Below are positions 45,776 to 55,291 of a stretch of 64,000 nt of DNA, piece by piece. The DNA is from an uncultured Gammaproteobacteria bacterium (GTDB lineage: Bacteria > Patescibacteriota > Microgenomatia > UBA1406). Position numbers and translations under genes: made by a program. Position 1 is the first letter of the stretch; each line of letters starts with the position of its first letter. Where the stretch lies: contig CAYPVH010000004.1 in NCBI GenBank assembly GCA_964414145.1, positions 10,849 through 74,848 on the forward strand, given 5' to 3'. The notes under the pieces are model-generated. The model was not told the DNA's origin. It saw only the letters and a list, made by a program, of their open reading frames with translations, and searched no databases.

Positions 45776-46072
45776 TAATCAATTTCACCTCCTTTCGTTT
45801 TTTTTATATTAATTGCCCTTGCTACAAGTATGAAGTATATGTTATTTAGAATAGTTGTCAAGTAAAGTAGGATTGAATCAATACATTTCTAAAACATAAT
45901 CACATTATGTTTTATAAAGAAATATTCCCTTTTCTTTTAAACAAATTGTGTTTTCTGCGCCTATAGCACTACCTTTCATAATATAACGTAGACCTATTAC
46001 CTTGCTCCATTAGTACTTTTTTTGTTTATACCTAACCCTTAAAAAGCCACTAAAGTACCATTGTTTTCACTA

Positions 46073-46429
46073 CTAAAATATTATGAGTAACAGTGTAATA
46101 ATACCAATCGTAATATATGGTCGCAAAACTACAATAAATTCCTTAACTTGATTGTAGTTTGTCCTTGTAACTATATTGGCGGTGATATTTTTTATCATAA
46201 TCATGGAGCCAAGCAATAACTTATCTACTGTTTTTATTAGAAAATAGATAAATAAAATAACACTAAACAGTAGTAGTGACATGGATGTAAAATAAGTAAC
46301 AAATAAGGTTTCTTGATGTAACATGTATGCAGCAGGCATTACTTGAGTAAACACCAGAAAAGAAAACGATAAAAATAACAATGACACTAGAGCTAAATTA
46401 TTATTAATATATTTAGTTAAACGATGCAT
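46073..46429 (-). CDS. hypothetical membrane protein
   Basis: 118 aa with 3-4 hydrophobic spans and no motif. Confidence 0.35.
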   Translation of the reverse strand: MHRLTKYINNNLALVSLLFLSFSFLVFTQVMPAAYMLHQETLFVTYFTSMSLLLFSVILFIYFLIKTVDKLLLGSMIMIKNITANIVTRTNYNQVKEFIVVLRPYITIGIITLLLIIF

Positions 46430-46633
46430 AATCAGAAATATACTATCTTACCGTTTAGATTTAATAAAAATAGTTGAAGATATTGGTAAGAAACCATTAA
46501 CAATATTATGAAGAACATTTAAAAATATTTAACATTACATAATATCTGATATCCTGTCTTCAAAAATTTAGTCATCAATGAAAACTTGTACCTCACCTTG
46601 TACTATATGACGATCTTTATACGATGTTGAATG

Positions 46634-46704
46634 CTGGGAGACAGGGACTCGAACCCCGATTAACGGCTCCAAAGGCCGCTGTGCTACCATTGCACCATCT
46701 CCCA
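46634..46704 (-). tRNA. tRNA-Gln (anticodon UUG), CCA not encoded
   Basis: Minus-strand cloverleaf: TGGGAGA/TCTCCCA acceptor, GCGGC-CTTTGGA-GCCGT anticodon arm, and CGGGG-TTCGAGT-CCCTG T arm. Confidence 0.85.
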
Positions 46705-46778
46705 AATAAGTGATTTCTGTTAACATATTTTATTATCTTTTGCTTGCAAATACAAGCTTTATCATTCATAATTTATTT

Positions 46779-47702
46779 ATGATTACTATCTTCAAGCGAG
46801 GTGTTAAGCAGGAATCTTTCAGCACACTAAAAAAACCAGAAGTCGGCTCTTGGATTAGAGTTCAAAAACCAACCCTGGCAATTCTTGACAATTTAATCAA
46901 AATGATTCCCGGCTTAGATAAAGATATTTTACAAGATACAGTTGACATTCACGAAATGCCCAGAATTGAAAAAGAGGGTGACTTTATTTACATATTGGTT
47001 AGAGCCCCAATAATAAAAGATAACCAACTTTTAACTGCCCCTTTTCTTCTTGTTGTTTCCAGTAAGTACTTTATTTCTTTTGAACCAACTGAATTAAATT
47101 TCCTGGATCATTTAATGAGTCCATATGAAGATATTTATACAACACAACGCTCTAAATTATTAATCTATTCTTTGATTTACTTAAGTAGAGAATATGCTTA
47201 TCACACAGAGGATTTATATAAAAGTACTCAGCAAAAAAAAATCCTTTTAAAAAAACTTAAATCAGCTGACTTGGTTCATTTAATTGAAGCTGAAGAAATT
47301 TTAAATTCATTTATTACTTCTCTTATGCCAACAATTAATGTTATGGAGCGAATTTTGTCGGGTAAGTCAATCACTTTTCATAAAAATGACCAAGACTTAA
47401 TACAGGATTTAATTATTGAATACAGGCAAACACTATCGCTGGCTCAAACCACAGTTAAAAGTACCCAAAATATTCGTAGTGCCTACTCTACCATTATTGA
47501 CTATAACCAAAATATGGTTATTAAATTTCTTACTTCTTTCACGATTATACTTACAATCCCAACAATTGTTGCAAGTATATATGGAATGAACGTTGGCTTA
47601 CCTTTTCAAGGGCAACCCTATGCATTTTGGATTGTAATTCTATTTACTTTCTTCCTTTCCGCTATTGCATATATTATATTTCACCTAATGGATTGGCTTT
47701 AA
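46779..47702 (+). CDS. corA: CorA family magnesium/cobalt transporter
   Basis: YGMNV signature between two C-terminal TM helices. Start placed at the ATG at 46779 because the listed GTG at 46710 abuts the tRNA. Confidence 0.8.
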   Translation: MITIFKRGVKQESFSTLKKPEVGSWIRVQKPTLAILDNLIKMIPGLDKDILQDTVDIHEMPRIEKEGDFIYILVRAPIIKDNQLLTAPFLLVVSSKYFISFEPTELNFLDHLMSPYEDIYTTQRSKLLIYSLIYLSREYAYHTEDLYKSTQQKKILLKKLKSADLVHLIEAEEILNSFITSLMPTINVMERILSGKSITFHKNDQDLIQDLIIEYRQTLSLAQTTVKSTQNIRSAYSTIIDYNQNMVIKFLTSFTIILTIPTIVASIYGMNVGLPFQGQPYAFWIVILFTFFLSAIAYIIFHLMDWL

Positions 47703-47708
47703 GAGTTT

Positions 47709-48158
47709 TTATAGTTCAAGCCTTACAAAGTCTCCAATATTAATGTTTTCACCTAGCTTTGTTATGCTTGCTTTTATTAGGTTTGCTACTGTAATTTTAG
47801 GATCTCTAATATAGGCTTGGTTTAATAACTCATCTGAAGTTTTTGGGTTCATAGAGGCGATTTGCATTGCAATTTCGTAAGCTAATTTTTTAAAGTCTTC
47901 ATTTTTTGCTACAAAGTCGGTTTGACATAAAAGCGATACCATCGCTCCTATTTTTCCATTATGATGAATATAAGATGTAATCACACCTTGTTCTGTAGCT
48001 TTTTCCTTTTTTTTGTCTGCTAATTCGACACCCCAGACTTTAAGCAATTCTTCTGCCTTCTTTATATCATTGCCGGCTTCTGATAAAGCTTTACTGACTA
48101 AAGCAATTGAAACACCTGTTTTACTTCTTAGTTCCTTTATTTTTTGTATTTTTGTCAT
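47709..48158 (-). CDS. tsf: elongation factor Ts (short form)
   Basis: UBA-like N-terminus IKELRSKTGVSIALVSKALSEAGNDIKKAEELLK and the core GKIGAMVSLLCQTDFVAKNEDF. Only 149 aa. Confidence 0.8.
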   Translation of the reverse strand: MTKIQKIKELRSKTGVSIALVSKALSEAGNDIKKAEELLKVWGVELADKKKEKATEQGVITSYIHHNGKIGAMVSLLCQTDFVAKNEDFKKLAYEIAMQIASMNPKTSDELLNQAYIRDPKITVANLIKASITKLGENINIGDFVRLEL

Positions 48159-48957
48159 CTTTTTTATTCTTTGTTACCTTTGACGTCTTAACTTTCTTTA
48201 CTATTTTTTTCTTCTCTTTTGGTTCTTTTTCTTCAACTGAATCTTTTTTTACTTTAGTTGGTTTGTATGCGTCAAATAACGCTTCTAATACATACGTTAG
48301 TGCCGCGCTTGAGTCATCATTCATAACGATTGGATAATCAACCTCTGTAGGATCTGCATTTGTATCCAATATGGCAAATATTTTTGTTTTTTTGCTATTA
48401 TCATAATCCTTATACTGATTTTCTTTTATAGTTTCGTTGATTACATTCTTTTCTTTTTTGGTATCAATAACCAATATATTTTCTGGTACATCTGTAAGGG
48501 TTAAAACACCTTTATAGACCCTTAATAATTTACTAAGTTCTCTTTCAAGAACAGATCTTTCATGTTTTAGCATTACATCCCACTTTCCGTTATTTTTTTC
48601 TTCGATATATTTATTCGTCTTTTCAATATTTTTTTTAATTTCTGCAAAGTTGGTAAAAAAACCACCGACCCATTTTTCACTAATATAAGGAATTTCCAAT
48701 TCCATACACTTCTCTTCTATGTAGTTTTTCACTACTCTCTTAGTTCCAACAACAAGTAGGGTTTCCCCCAACTTACCAATTTGCTGTAGTTGGTTCATTG
48801 CTTCTTCAATGGATTGTTTGGTTTTAAAAAGATCAATTAGGTATATACCATTCTGAGGTTTATAAACATAGGATAGTACTTTTGGATTGGTTCTTGATAC
48901 TTTGTGACCGAAATAAGCGCCTCTTTCTAGAAGTTCTTTTACATCAATATTTTTCAT
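48121..48957 (-). CDS. rpsB: 30S ribosomal protein S2 with a Lys-rich C-terminal tail
   Basis: GAYFGHKVSRTNPKV, LLVVGTKR, and ILDTNADP. The tail EEKEPKEKKKIVKKVKTSKVTKNKKDDKNTKNKGTKK overlaps the tsf start by 38 nt. Confidence 0.9.
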   Translation of the reverse strand: MKNIDVKELLERGAYFGHKVSRTNPKVLSYVYKPQNGIYLIDLFKTKQSIEEAMNQLQQIGKLGETLLVVGTKRVVKNYIEEKCMELEIPYISEKWVGGFFTNFAEIKKNIEKTNKYIEEKNNGKWDVMLKHERSVLERELSKLLRVYKGVLTLTDVPENILVIDTKKEKNVINETIKENQYKDYDNSKKTKIFAILDTNADPTEVDYPIVMNDDSSAALTYVLEALFDAYKPTKVKKDSVEEKEPKEKKKIVKKVKTSKVTKNKKDDKNTKNKGTKK

Positions 48958-48978
48958 AATTTTCCTCCTTTAAACTAT

Positions 48979-49029
48979 CTCTATTTGTATAGATTCGCAT
49001 AATTTGCGAACAAAGAGGATCAAATAGAG
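48979..49029 (-). promoter_or_regulatory. structured rpsB 5' leader (nested stem-loops next to the SD)
   Basis: In the mRNA sense: CTCTATTTG...TTCGCA-aatta-TGCGAA...CAAATAGAG (9-bp outer and 6-bp inner stems), then AAAGGAGG-aaaatt-ATG. The internal CCTC could mask the SD. Confidence 0.35.
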
Positions 49030-49097
49030 TGGTTTATTTACTCTCAATTAATAATAGATCAGAGTATACAATATCTTTTCTTAAAACTCAAACACTC

Positions 49098-49988
49098 TTA
49101 TTTTTTCTTTAATACTTTTTCGAGAAATTTTCTAAATTCTCCATTTATCCCTTCATGCTCCAACGAAAACTCGACAACTGTTTTAATATATTCAAGCTTA
49201 TTACCAGTATCATAATATCGACCATTATCTATTTCGCAAGCATAGACTGGTACCCCCATTTGTTGTAGTTTGTTAATAGCATCTACTAACCATATCTCGC
49301 CCCCCTTACCGGGAACTAGTTCCCTAAGTGCATTAAATATTTCCGGAGGTAAAATATAGGCGCCATGCGTAGCTAAGTTAGATGGTGCTTCTTCGGCTGT
49401 TGGCTTCTCCACTATTCTTTTTATTTTAAAAACCTTTTCACCAACTTTCTCAAGGTCAGCAATGCCATAACGGCTTAGATTCTCTTTCTCATGGATTCTA
49501 ACACCAGAAATTACGATTCCGCCATATTTCTCCCACACATTAATCATCTGCTTTAGTCTAGGTGGGTTTGAGTGAATAAATTCGTCACCCCACATTACAG
49601 CAAAAGATTCCTTTCCGATAATTGGCTCTGCAGACAGTACTGGTGTTCCGTTACCATATGGTCCTTTCTGACGCACATAGATAAAGTTTGCTAAGTTAGC
49701 AATATTTTCTACTTCATCAAGTAATGGTCTTTTTTTATCACCTCCAAGCTTAAGATTTTCAACCAATTCCCTACTTGGTAAATCAAAATGATCTTCTATT
49801 GCCCGTTTAGCAGCACCCGTTACTACTATAACATCTTTTATACCAGACTTAACCGCTTCTTCAACTACATATTGGATTACCGGTTTATCTACAACAGGAA
49901 GCATTTCTTTAGGCATAGCTTTTGTTTGAGGTAAAAATCTTGTACCAAAACCTGCTGCCGGTATAACAACTTTATTTATTTTTTTCAT
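49098..49988 (-). CDS. galU: UTP--glucose-1-phosphate uridylyltransferase
   Basis: VIPAAGFGTRFLPQTKAMPKEMLPVVDKP and the VEKP motif (IVEKPTAEEAPSNLA). Confidence 0.9.
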   Translation of the reverse strand: MKKINKVVIPAAGFGTRFLPQTKAMPKEMLPVVDKPVIQYVVEEAVKSGIKDVIVVTGAAKRAIEDHFDLPSRELVENLKLGGDKKRPLLDEVENIANLANFIYVRQKGPYGNGTPVLSAEPIIGKESFAVMWGDEFIHSNPPRLKQMINVWEKYGGIVISGVRIHEKENLSRYGIADLEKVGEKVFKIKRIVEKPTAEEAPSNLATHGAYILPPEIFNALRELVPGKGGEIWLVDAINKLQQMGVPVYACEIDNGRYYDTGNKLEYIKTVVEFSLEHEGINGEFRKFLEKVLKKK

Positions 49989-50027
49989 ATCAAATACAAT
50001 AAATTTCTAATAATATAACATATTAAG

Positions 50028-50447
50028 TTAATTTGAAGATATAAATTTTACTGTTAACCCTGATGGAAGTGGTTGATTTTCAACAGCGGCTGTAACACTT
50101 GCTTCTCCCGGTTCAAGGGATGTTAATGTAAATTCAACTTTTCCATATCTATCGGAGACATTATTTGCACCGGTAAGCTGGCCAAATGTTGTTGCAAGGC
50201 TAACCTGTTTATCAGCAATTGCAAGCCCATCTTCGTTTCTTACAAAAACACTTATTTTTGAAGCATCTACTCCATCAGCTTGAACCTCAAACTTAGTAGC
50301 AATAACTAAACACTTCTCTATTGATATATCTTTCTTAGCAGCTTGAGTTAAAAAAGGAAGGCGGTTATTACTCAAAACCAAGTAGGTAATGACCATAAAA
50401 AACAATACAAACAGCAATAGGAATAGGTTTAATTTTTTGTCACCCAT
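50028..50447 (-). CDS. membrane-anchored protein with a bacterial Ig-like (Big_1-type) domain
   Basis: N-terminal TM helix. VQADGVDASKISVFVRNEDGLAIADKQVSLATTFGQL...GKVEFTLTSLEPGEASVTAAV fits the invasin/intimin Ig-like pattern. Confidence 0.5.
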   Translation of the reverse strand: MGDKKLNLFLLLFVLFFMVITYLVLSNNRLPFLTQAAKKDISIEKCLVIATKFEVQADGVDASKISVFVRNEDGLAIADKQVSLATTFGQLTGANNVSDRYGKVEFTLTSLEPGEASVTAAVENQPLPSGLTVKFISSN

Positions 50448-50500
50448 CGGTATAATTATAGCATAGGCAGATTATTACAAACTGTCAAGGATGTTATTTT

Positions 50501-50899
50501 ATGAAATTATTTTTAAATATAGATAAAACTTGCTATAACACTGATATTCCCAATAAAATCATTTCTTTTATATCAGAACGTGGGCATGATATATTAAATA
50601 TTAGCGACTTGAAAGATCCCATTAATTCGAAGACATCTGTTATTTTTGAAAATAGCCTTGGCTACTTAAAAAAATCTGACTTTGTGGTTATGATATGTAA
50701 CATACCTATATTTGATCACGGTTTTATTTGTGCTCATTCGGTACTTAATTTACAAAAAAAAACACTGCTTTTATATAATCAAAAATATATATCCAGGCTT
50801 TCAGATCTCGTTTCTGGATGTACCTTGAATAACTTTTACCTTAAACAATACAAAAATATAAATGAAATTAAAACAACCCTTACCCTCTTTAATCTTTAA
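50501..50899 (+). CDS. hypothetical small Rossmann-like protein, apparent paralogue of the N-terminal domain of the tmk fusion
   Basis: LKKSDFVVMICNIPIFDHGF....KKTLLLYNQ parallels IEKADCIVAEGSFPSTTIGGE...NKPVLVLLYKD in the 55292..56395 protein. Similarity judged by eye only. Confidence 0.35.
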   Translation: MKLFLNIDKTCYNTDIPNKIISFISERGHDILNISDLKDPINSKTSVIFENSLGYLKKSDFVVMICNIPIFDHGFICAHSVLNLQKKTLLLYNQKYISRLSDLVSGCTLNNFYLKQYKNINEIKTTLTLFNL

Positions 50900-52505
50900 T
50901 AAAAAAATTTTAGTTCTTGTTGTGCTATTAACTCTAATCTTTACGCGACTATATAATCTTAGATGGGGATTACCATTTTTATTCCATCCCGACGAAAACA
51001 ATATGACTTATGCCATTTCTCAACTCACATGCAACCTTAACAAAATTAGCTTTATTAATAATTTAAAAGATTGTTTTAATCCCAATTTTTATGCTTACGG
51101 ACAGTTTCCACTTTACTTGGCAAAATTATTATCTAATTTATTTAACAGCACCAGCTTACAAACCTATGCTTTGTCTTTACGAATGATTTCCGCTTTTTGT
51201 TCTATAATTTCTGGGATTGTTCTTTATAGAATAATTATTAAAAAAACATCTTTCAAATGGGCTTATTTAAGTTTAGTCATATATATATTTACTCCTGGGC
51301 TAATTCAGTTATCCTATTTTGGCACTACTGAAAGCATCATAATTTTACTAATTTTAGTTCTAATAAATCTTAGGGCCAATCATTTATCATTAAGTGCTTT
51401 GATCTCAGGTATCGGAATTGCTACAAAAGTATCTTTCATGCCTTATAGTCTAATACCACTATTATTTTTATGGCTCAAAAACGGTTCGGTTTTGCTTAAA
51501 AAGTATACATTTCTACAAACTTTAAAATATTTACTTTTTATGTTCTTATTCGCAATTATATTTTCTCCGCATAATTTAATAAATTATAATGATTTTATTA
51601 GGTCTCTTTCATATGAATCGGGTGTAGCTGCTGGCCATATTCTTGTTTTTTATACCAGGCAATTTTTGTATACATCCCCAATCATCTTTCAAATAACCAA
51701 CATACTTTCATATAGTTTAGGTTTTCCTTTAATGATATTAGGTGTGGCTTCATTTGTAGTCCTCATCATTAAAAGAAAGTTTGAATATCCACTTATATTA
51801 ACTTTACTTACAATAAGTACAGTATTTCTTTATGTAAAATGGACCAGATTTATTTCCCATACATACCCTATATTTATAATACTTTCAGTTCTTTTATTAT
51901 TTTATTTGAATAAAAAGTTTAGATTAATTTCATATTTTATTGTCTTTACTCTTCTATTATTTCAAACCATCTTTGGTATAGATTTTATGAAAATTTACTT
52001 TAAAAATGATACAAGAATAGAAGCTTCTAATTGGATAAACAATTCAATTAAAAGTAAATCGAATATTCTAACTGAATCTGCAAATGTTTTAGATATTCCA
52101 ATATACAACAATAATTCATTTAATATCAGAAGTTTATTTCTATATAACATTGATTCAGATCAGCAGCTTAGTAACTTAACGTTTAAACTATTAAAAACAT
52201 CTGATTATGTAATCGTACCTTCAAGAAGAGTCTTCATGAACCACACATGCTATACCTCGGAAACAGGAAGCATTATAAGAAAAGAAAATAGTAACTGTTT
52301 GAAAAAAGAAATTATTTACCCTAAAATCACAAAGTACTACAATACTCTTTTTGGTCCGAATTATAAATTGGTCAAAACAATTTCCCCATTTTTACCAAAT
52401 AAAAATCTATTCATTTTTCACCAAAATAGCGAAAAAGCAGAAGAAACTTGGTCTGTTTTTGATCATCCCACGATCAGAATTTATAAAAATTTACGAACGA
52501 TCTAA
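50862..52505 (+). CDS. GT-C type membrane glycosyltransferase (ArnT/PMT-like)
   Basis: 547 aa. RWGLPFLFHPDEN in the first loop (acidic DE motif), more than 10 TM spans, and a soluble C-terminal domain. Confidence 0.5.
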   Translation: MKLKQPLPSLIFNKKILVLVVLLTLIFTRLYNLRWGLPFLFHPDENNMTYAISQLTCNLNKISFINNLKDCFNPNFYAYGQFPLYLAKLLSNLFNSTSLQTYALSLRMISAFCSIISGIVLYRIIIKKTSFKWAYLSLVIYIFTPGLIQLSYFGTTESIIILLILVLINLRANHLSLSALISGIGIATKVSFMPYSLIPLLFLWLKNGSVLLKKYTFLQTLKYLLFMFLFAIIFSPHNLINYNDFIRSLSYESGVAAGHILVFYTRQFLYTSPIIFQITNILSYSLGFPLMILGVASFVVLIIKRKFEYPLILTLLTISTVFLYVKWTRFISHTYPIFIILSVLLLFYLNKKFRLISYFIVFTLLLFQTIFGIDFMKIYFKNDTRIEASNWINNSIKSKSNILTESANVLDIPIYNNNSFNIRSLFLYNIDSDQQLSNLTFKLLKTSDYVIVPSRRVFMNHTCYTSETGSIIRKENSNCLKKEIIYPKITKYYNTLFGPNYKLVKTISPFLPNKNLFIFHQNSEKAEETWSVFDHPTIRIYKNLRTI

Positions 52506-52510
52506 ATTTA

Positions 52511-53917
52511 CTATTGTTTCTTATTAGTATCTAATCTTTTATATAGTACCGCTATCTTATCTCTGTATAACTGTTCCCATCCAAACATCTTCGCCTTCTC
52601 ATTTAAAGTTAGATCGAGAAATGTGCCACTCTGAATAATTAAATAGTCAGTTTTCATTTTTCTTAAAAATATGTTCCAACCCTTACGTGCTTGAATAACA
52701 CCAAGGTATACAGTATAGGGACTTTCGTTATGCTTGTTAAACCATGCTGGCATTCGACCATCAACAAAAACCTTGGCTTTTGGGTACTGCCATATTAAGT
52801 AGCCTCCCCATTCATAGGCATTATAAATATTACCTTTAAGATTAGGGTTTTTTTTAACAAGTTTCACTGGCATCTTAAAACCATATTTACAATAATCAGC
52901 TTCTTTTGCTACAAGTACTTTCTGATTGTGTAACTGAAGCAGTGCAAGTAGCATTACTGAACTTACAAAGCCTAGATATATTACACTAGGCAGTTGCCAT
53001 TTCTTAAACCAAGTCTTAATAGTATTAACAGTATTAAACATAACAAAAGGCCACATCCAGAATAAGTAAGGCAAATTACGCCTAGCCTTAATTGTTATAA
53101 AAGCAAAAAGCAGTAACAAAATCACCTCGGTATTTAATCTTAATCGTTTTTCTCTATAAAGTAAGTACAAATAAACCAGAAGTAATACAATTATTGTTAT
53201 GATTGTGAATGATGATGGACTAACCCACTCAGCGATAAGGGTGTTTAAAGGCATTCTGTAATGCCTGAGTAGCTCAAAATATACAGTCTCTCGGAAGGGA
53301 TTAATTAAAGTCGCTATGAAAGAAATAATAAACAACAATAAGAAATCGCGCCTTTGTTTGGAATTTGTGAGAGCTTCGATTAGTATAATAATTAAGCCAA
53401 GAAAGAACCCACCATGTGTATTAGCCCAGACTATGTGAATTAAAAAAACTATAGAAAACAACACGGTTTTACTTTTTTTATTTTGTAGAGCTTCTCTAGC
53501 ATACTTAACAAACAGATATACCAAAAATGTGAAAAGTACAGACCAAATCTGTGGTCTGTAGCCAATTTGAATAATGGTTAATGAACCAATAAAAAAAATA
53601 ACGCCGGCTAATATCTTTGCTAAATTCGAGTGAATGTCTTTTATTAATATATAGATAATCGCCGTAAATAAGAGTGCCCCCAATAGAGATAAGCCTACGA
53701 AACCAAATTTATTAAACACAATTGCCATACTGGAATCAAATAACCAAGAAGGATAAGCAAAAAAGTATTTTGGTAAATAGTAGGAATATTCGTTAAAATC
53801 GCACAAATTTCCGTTATTAATCAAGTCAAGCCCACAGCGGTAATGCCAACCAAAATCAGTATCAGAGATTGGTAAAAAACCAAGAAAGAAAGCAACTACA
53901 AGTAATATGTACAGCAT
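52511..53917 (-). CDS. polytopic membrane protein (possible GT-C-like)
   Basis: 468 aa. A first-loop acidic motif (ISDTDFGWHYRCG), more than 10 TM spans, and a soluble C-terminus. Confidence 0.4.
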   Translation of the reverse strand: MLYILLVVAFFLGFLPISDTDFGWHYRCGLDLINNGNLCDFNEYSYYLPKYFFAYPSWLFDSSMAIVFNKFGFVGLSLLGALLFTAIIYILIKDIHSNLAKILAGVIFFIGSLTIIQIGYRPQIWSVLFTFLVYLFVKYAREALQNKKSKTVLFSIVFLIHIVWANTHGGFFLGLIIILIEALTNSKQRRDFLLLFIISFIATLINPFRETVYFELLRHYRMPLNTLIAEWVSPSSFTIITIIVLLLVYLYLLYREKRLRLNTEVILLLLFAFITIKARRNLPYLFWMWPFVMFNTVNTIKTWFKKWQLPSVIYLGFVSSVMLLALLQLHNQKVLVAKEADYCKYGFKMPVKLVKKNPNLKGNIYNAYEWGGYLIWQYPKAKVFVDGRMPAWFNKHNESPYTVYLGVIQARKGWNIFLRKMKTDYLIIQSGTFLDLTLNEKAKMFGWEQLYRDKIAVLYKRLDTNKKQ

Positions 53918-53949
53918 CTAATTTACTATATAACAGATTTGCTACACTG

Positions 53950-55287
53950 TCACTTCAAGATATAACTGTCTTTAACCGGAAAAGTATTACATAAACCTTT
54001 AATTCTCTGCTTTACTGCTCTTATTTCTTTCGACATAGTTATAATTTTGTCTCGGTTGCTTTTTTTTCGTTGTGACTTGGAATCTAGTTTCAAGTTTATA
54101 TTAATCTTTTTGATTGATTTGATAACCTGGTCAATTAATTTAGCTATCAAAACCATTTCCTTCTCTCCCATTCCTCTGCTTGTTATACCAGGTGTTCCCA
54201 TTCTAATGCCGGATGGATAAAGTGGTGGGTTGGAGTCAAATGGCACTTTATTTGCATTTATTATAATTCCGGCCTTCTCAAGCGCTTCAGCTGCGGTATT
54301 ACCCAGAATTCCGGTATCTCTCAAGTCAACTACTATAACATGAGTATCGGTTCCATCGGCAACTAATTTATAACCTAGCTTCTTCAGTTCATTTGCCAAA
54401 GTTTTTGCATTTTTTACCACTTGATTACCATATCGGTTAAATACTTTCGTATCTGCCTCGTGTAAAGATACAGCCAGGGCAGCGGTAACATTATTATGTG
54501 GCCCTCCTTGCATTCCAGGAATAATTGCTTTGGCAATTCTATTGTCTAGCTCGCTATTCTTATTAAGGCCTCGCTCTGTTACCATAATCATTGCTCCACG
54601 AGGGCCTCTTAGAGTTTTATGAGTTGTTGTTGTAACTATATGCGCATATGGAACTGGAGATGGATAGTCGCCCGAAATAATCAGTCCCACAACATGCGAC
54701 ACATCAGCCAAGAGATACGCTCCCACACTATCTGCCATTTCACTAAATTTTTTCCAGTTAATAATTCGTGGATAATGAGTTGTTCCGGCAACCAACATTT
54801 TGGGCTTAACTTTCTTTACCTGCTCAGCAAGCTTATCATAATCAATTAGTTCATCCTTACCTACTGTGTATTGAATGCTGGTAAAGTATTTACCAGAAAA
54901 TGTAATATTTGGAACGCCGTGTGTTAAATGCCCACCTGAATCTAAGGACATCCCCATTATTACGTCATATGGCTTCATCGTAGCAAAGTATACTGCAGCG
55001 TTTGCCGGTGATCCCGAATATGGTTGAACATTAACGTATGGCACTTTAAATAACTTCTTTGCTCGCTCTATACAAAGACTCTCAATCTGATCAATAATCT
55101 CGTTCCCTTGGTAATATCTTAAATTCGAGTAACCTTCGGAATATTTATTAGTTAACTTACTTCCCAGCGCTTCCATAACCGCTTTTGAGGCATAGTTCTC
55201 GGAAGGAATCATCATTAAGGTCTCTTCTTGTCTTTTCTCTTCCAAATTAATAAGCTTTGCTATAGTAGGATCAGTTTTCTTTAGCAT
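53950..55287 (-). CDS. glyA: serine hydroxymethyltransferase
   Basis: MIPSENY, GYPGNRYY-like SNLRYYQG, and TTTTHKTLRGPRG (PLP lysine). Confidence 0.97.
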   Translation of the reverse strand: MLKKTDPTIAKLINLEEKRQEETLMMIPSENYASKAVMEALGSKLTNKYSEGYSNLRYYQGNEIIDQIESLCIERAKKLFKVPYVNVQPYSGSPANAAVYFATMKPYDVIMGMSLDSGGHLTHGVPNITFSGKYFTSIQYTVGKDELIDYDKLAEQVKKVKPKMLVAGTTHYPRIINWKKFSEMADSVGAYLLADVSHVVGLIISGDYPSPVPYAHIVTTTTHKTLRGPRGAMIMVTERGLNKNSELDNRIAKAIIPGMQGGPHNNVTAALAVSLHEADTKVFNRYGNQVVKNAKTLANELKKLGYKLVADGTDTHVIVVDLRDTGILGNTAAEALEKAGIIINANKVPFDSNPPLYPSGIRMGTPGITSRGMGEKEMVLIAKLIDQVIKSIKKININLKLDSKSQRKKSNRDKIITMSKEIRAVKQRIKGLCNTFPVKDSYILK

Positions 55288-55291
55288 TGTT

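Noticed and set aside
50801-51001. Various 60-140-aa ORFs antisense to long genes (for example 50801..51001, 2163..2375, 22844..23266, 58427..58858 and 30471..30734)
   Set aside because: They lie fully within better-supported conserved genes on the opposite strand. Their composition is typical of antisense shadows, and they have no RBS or motif.
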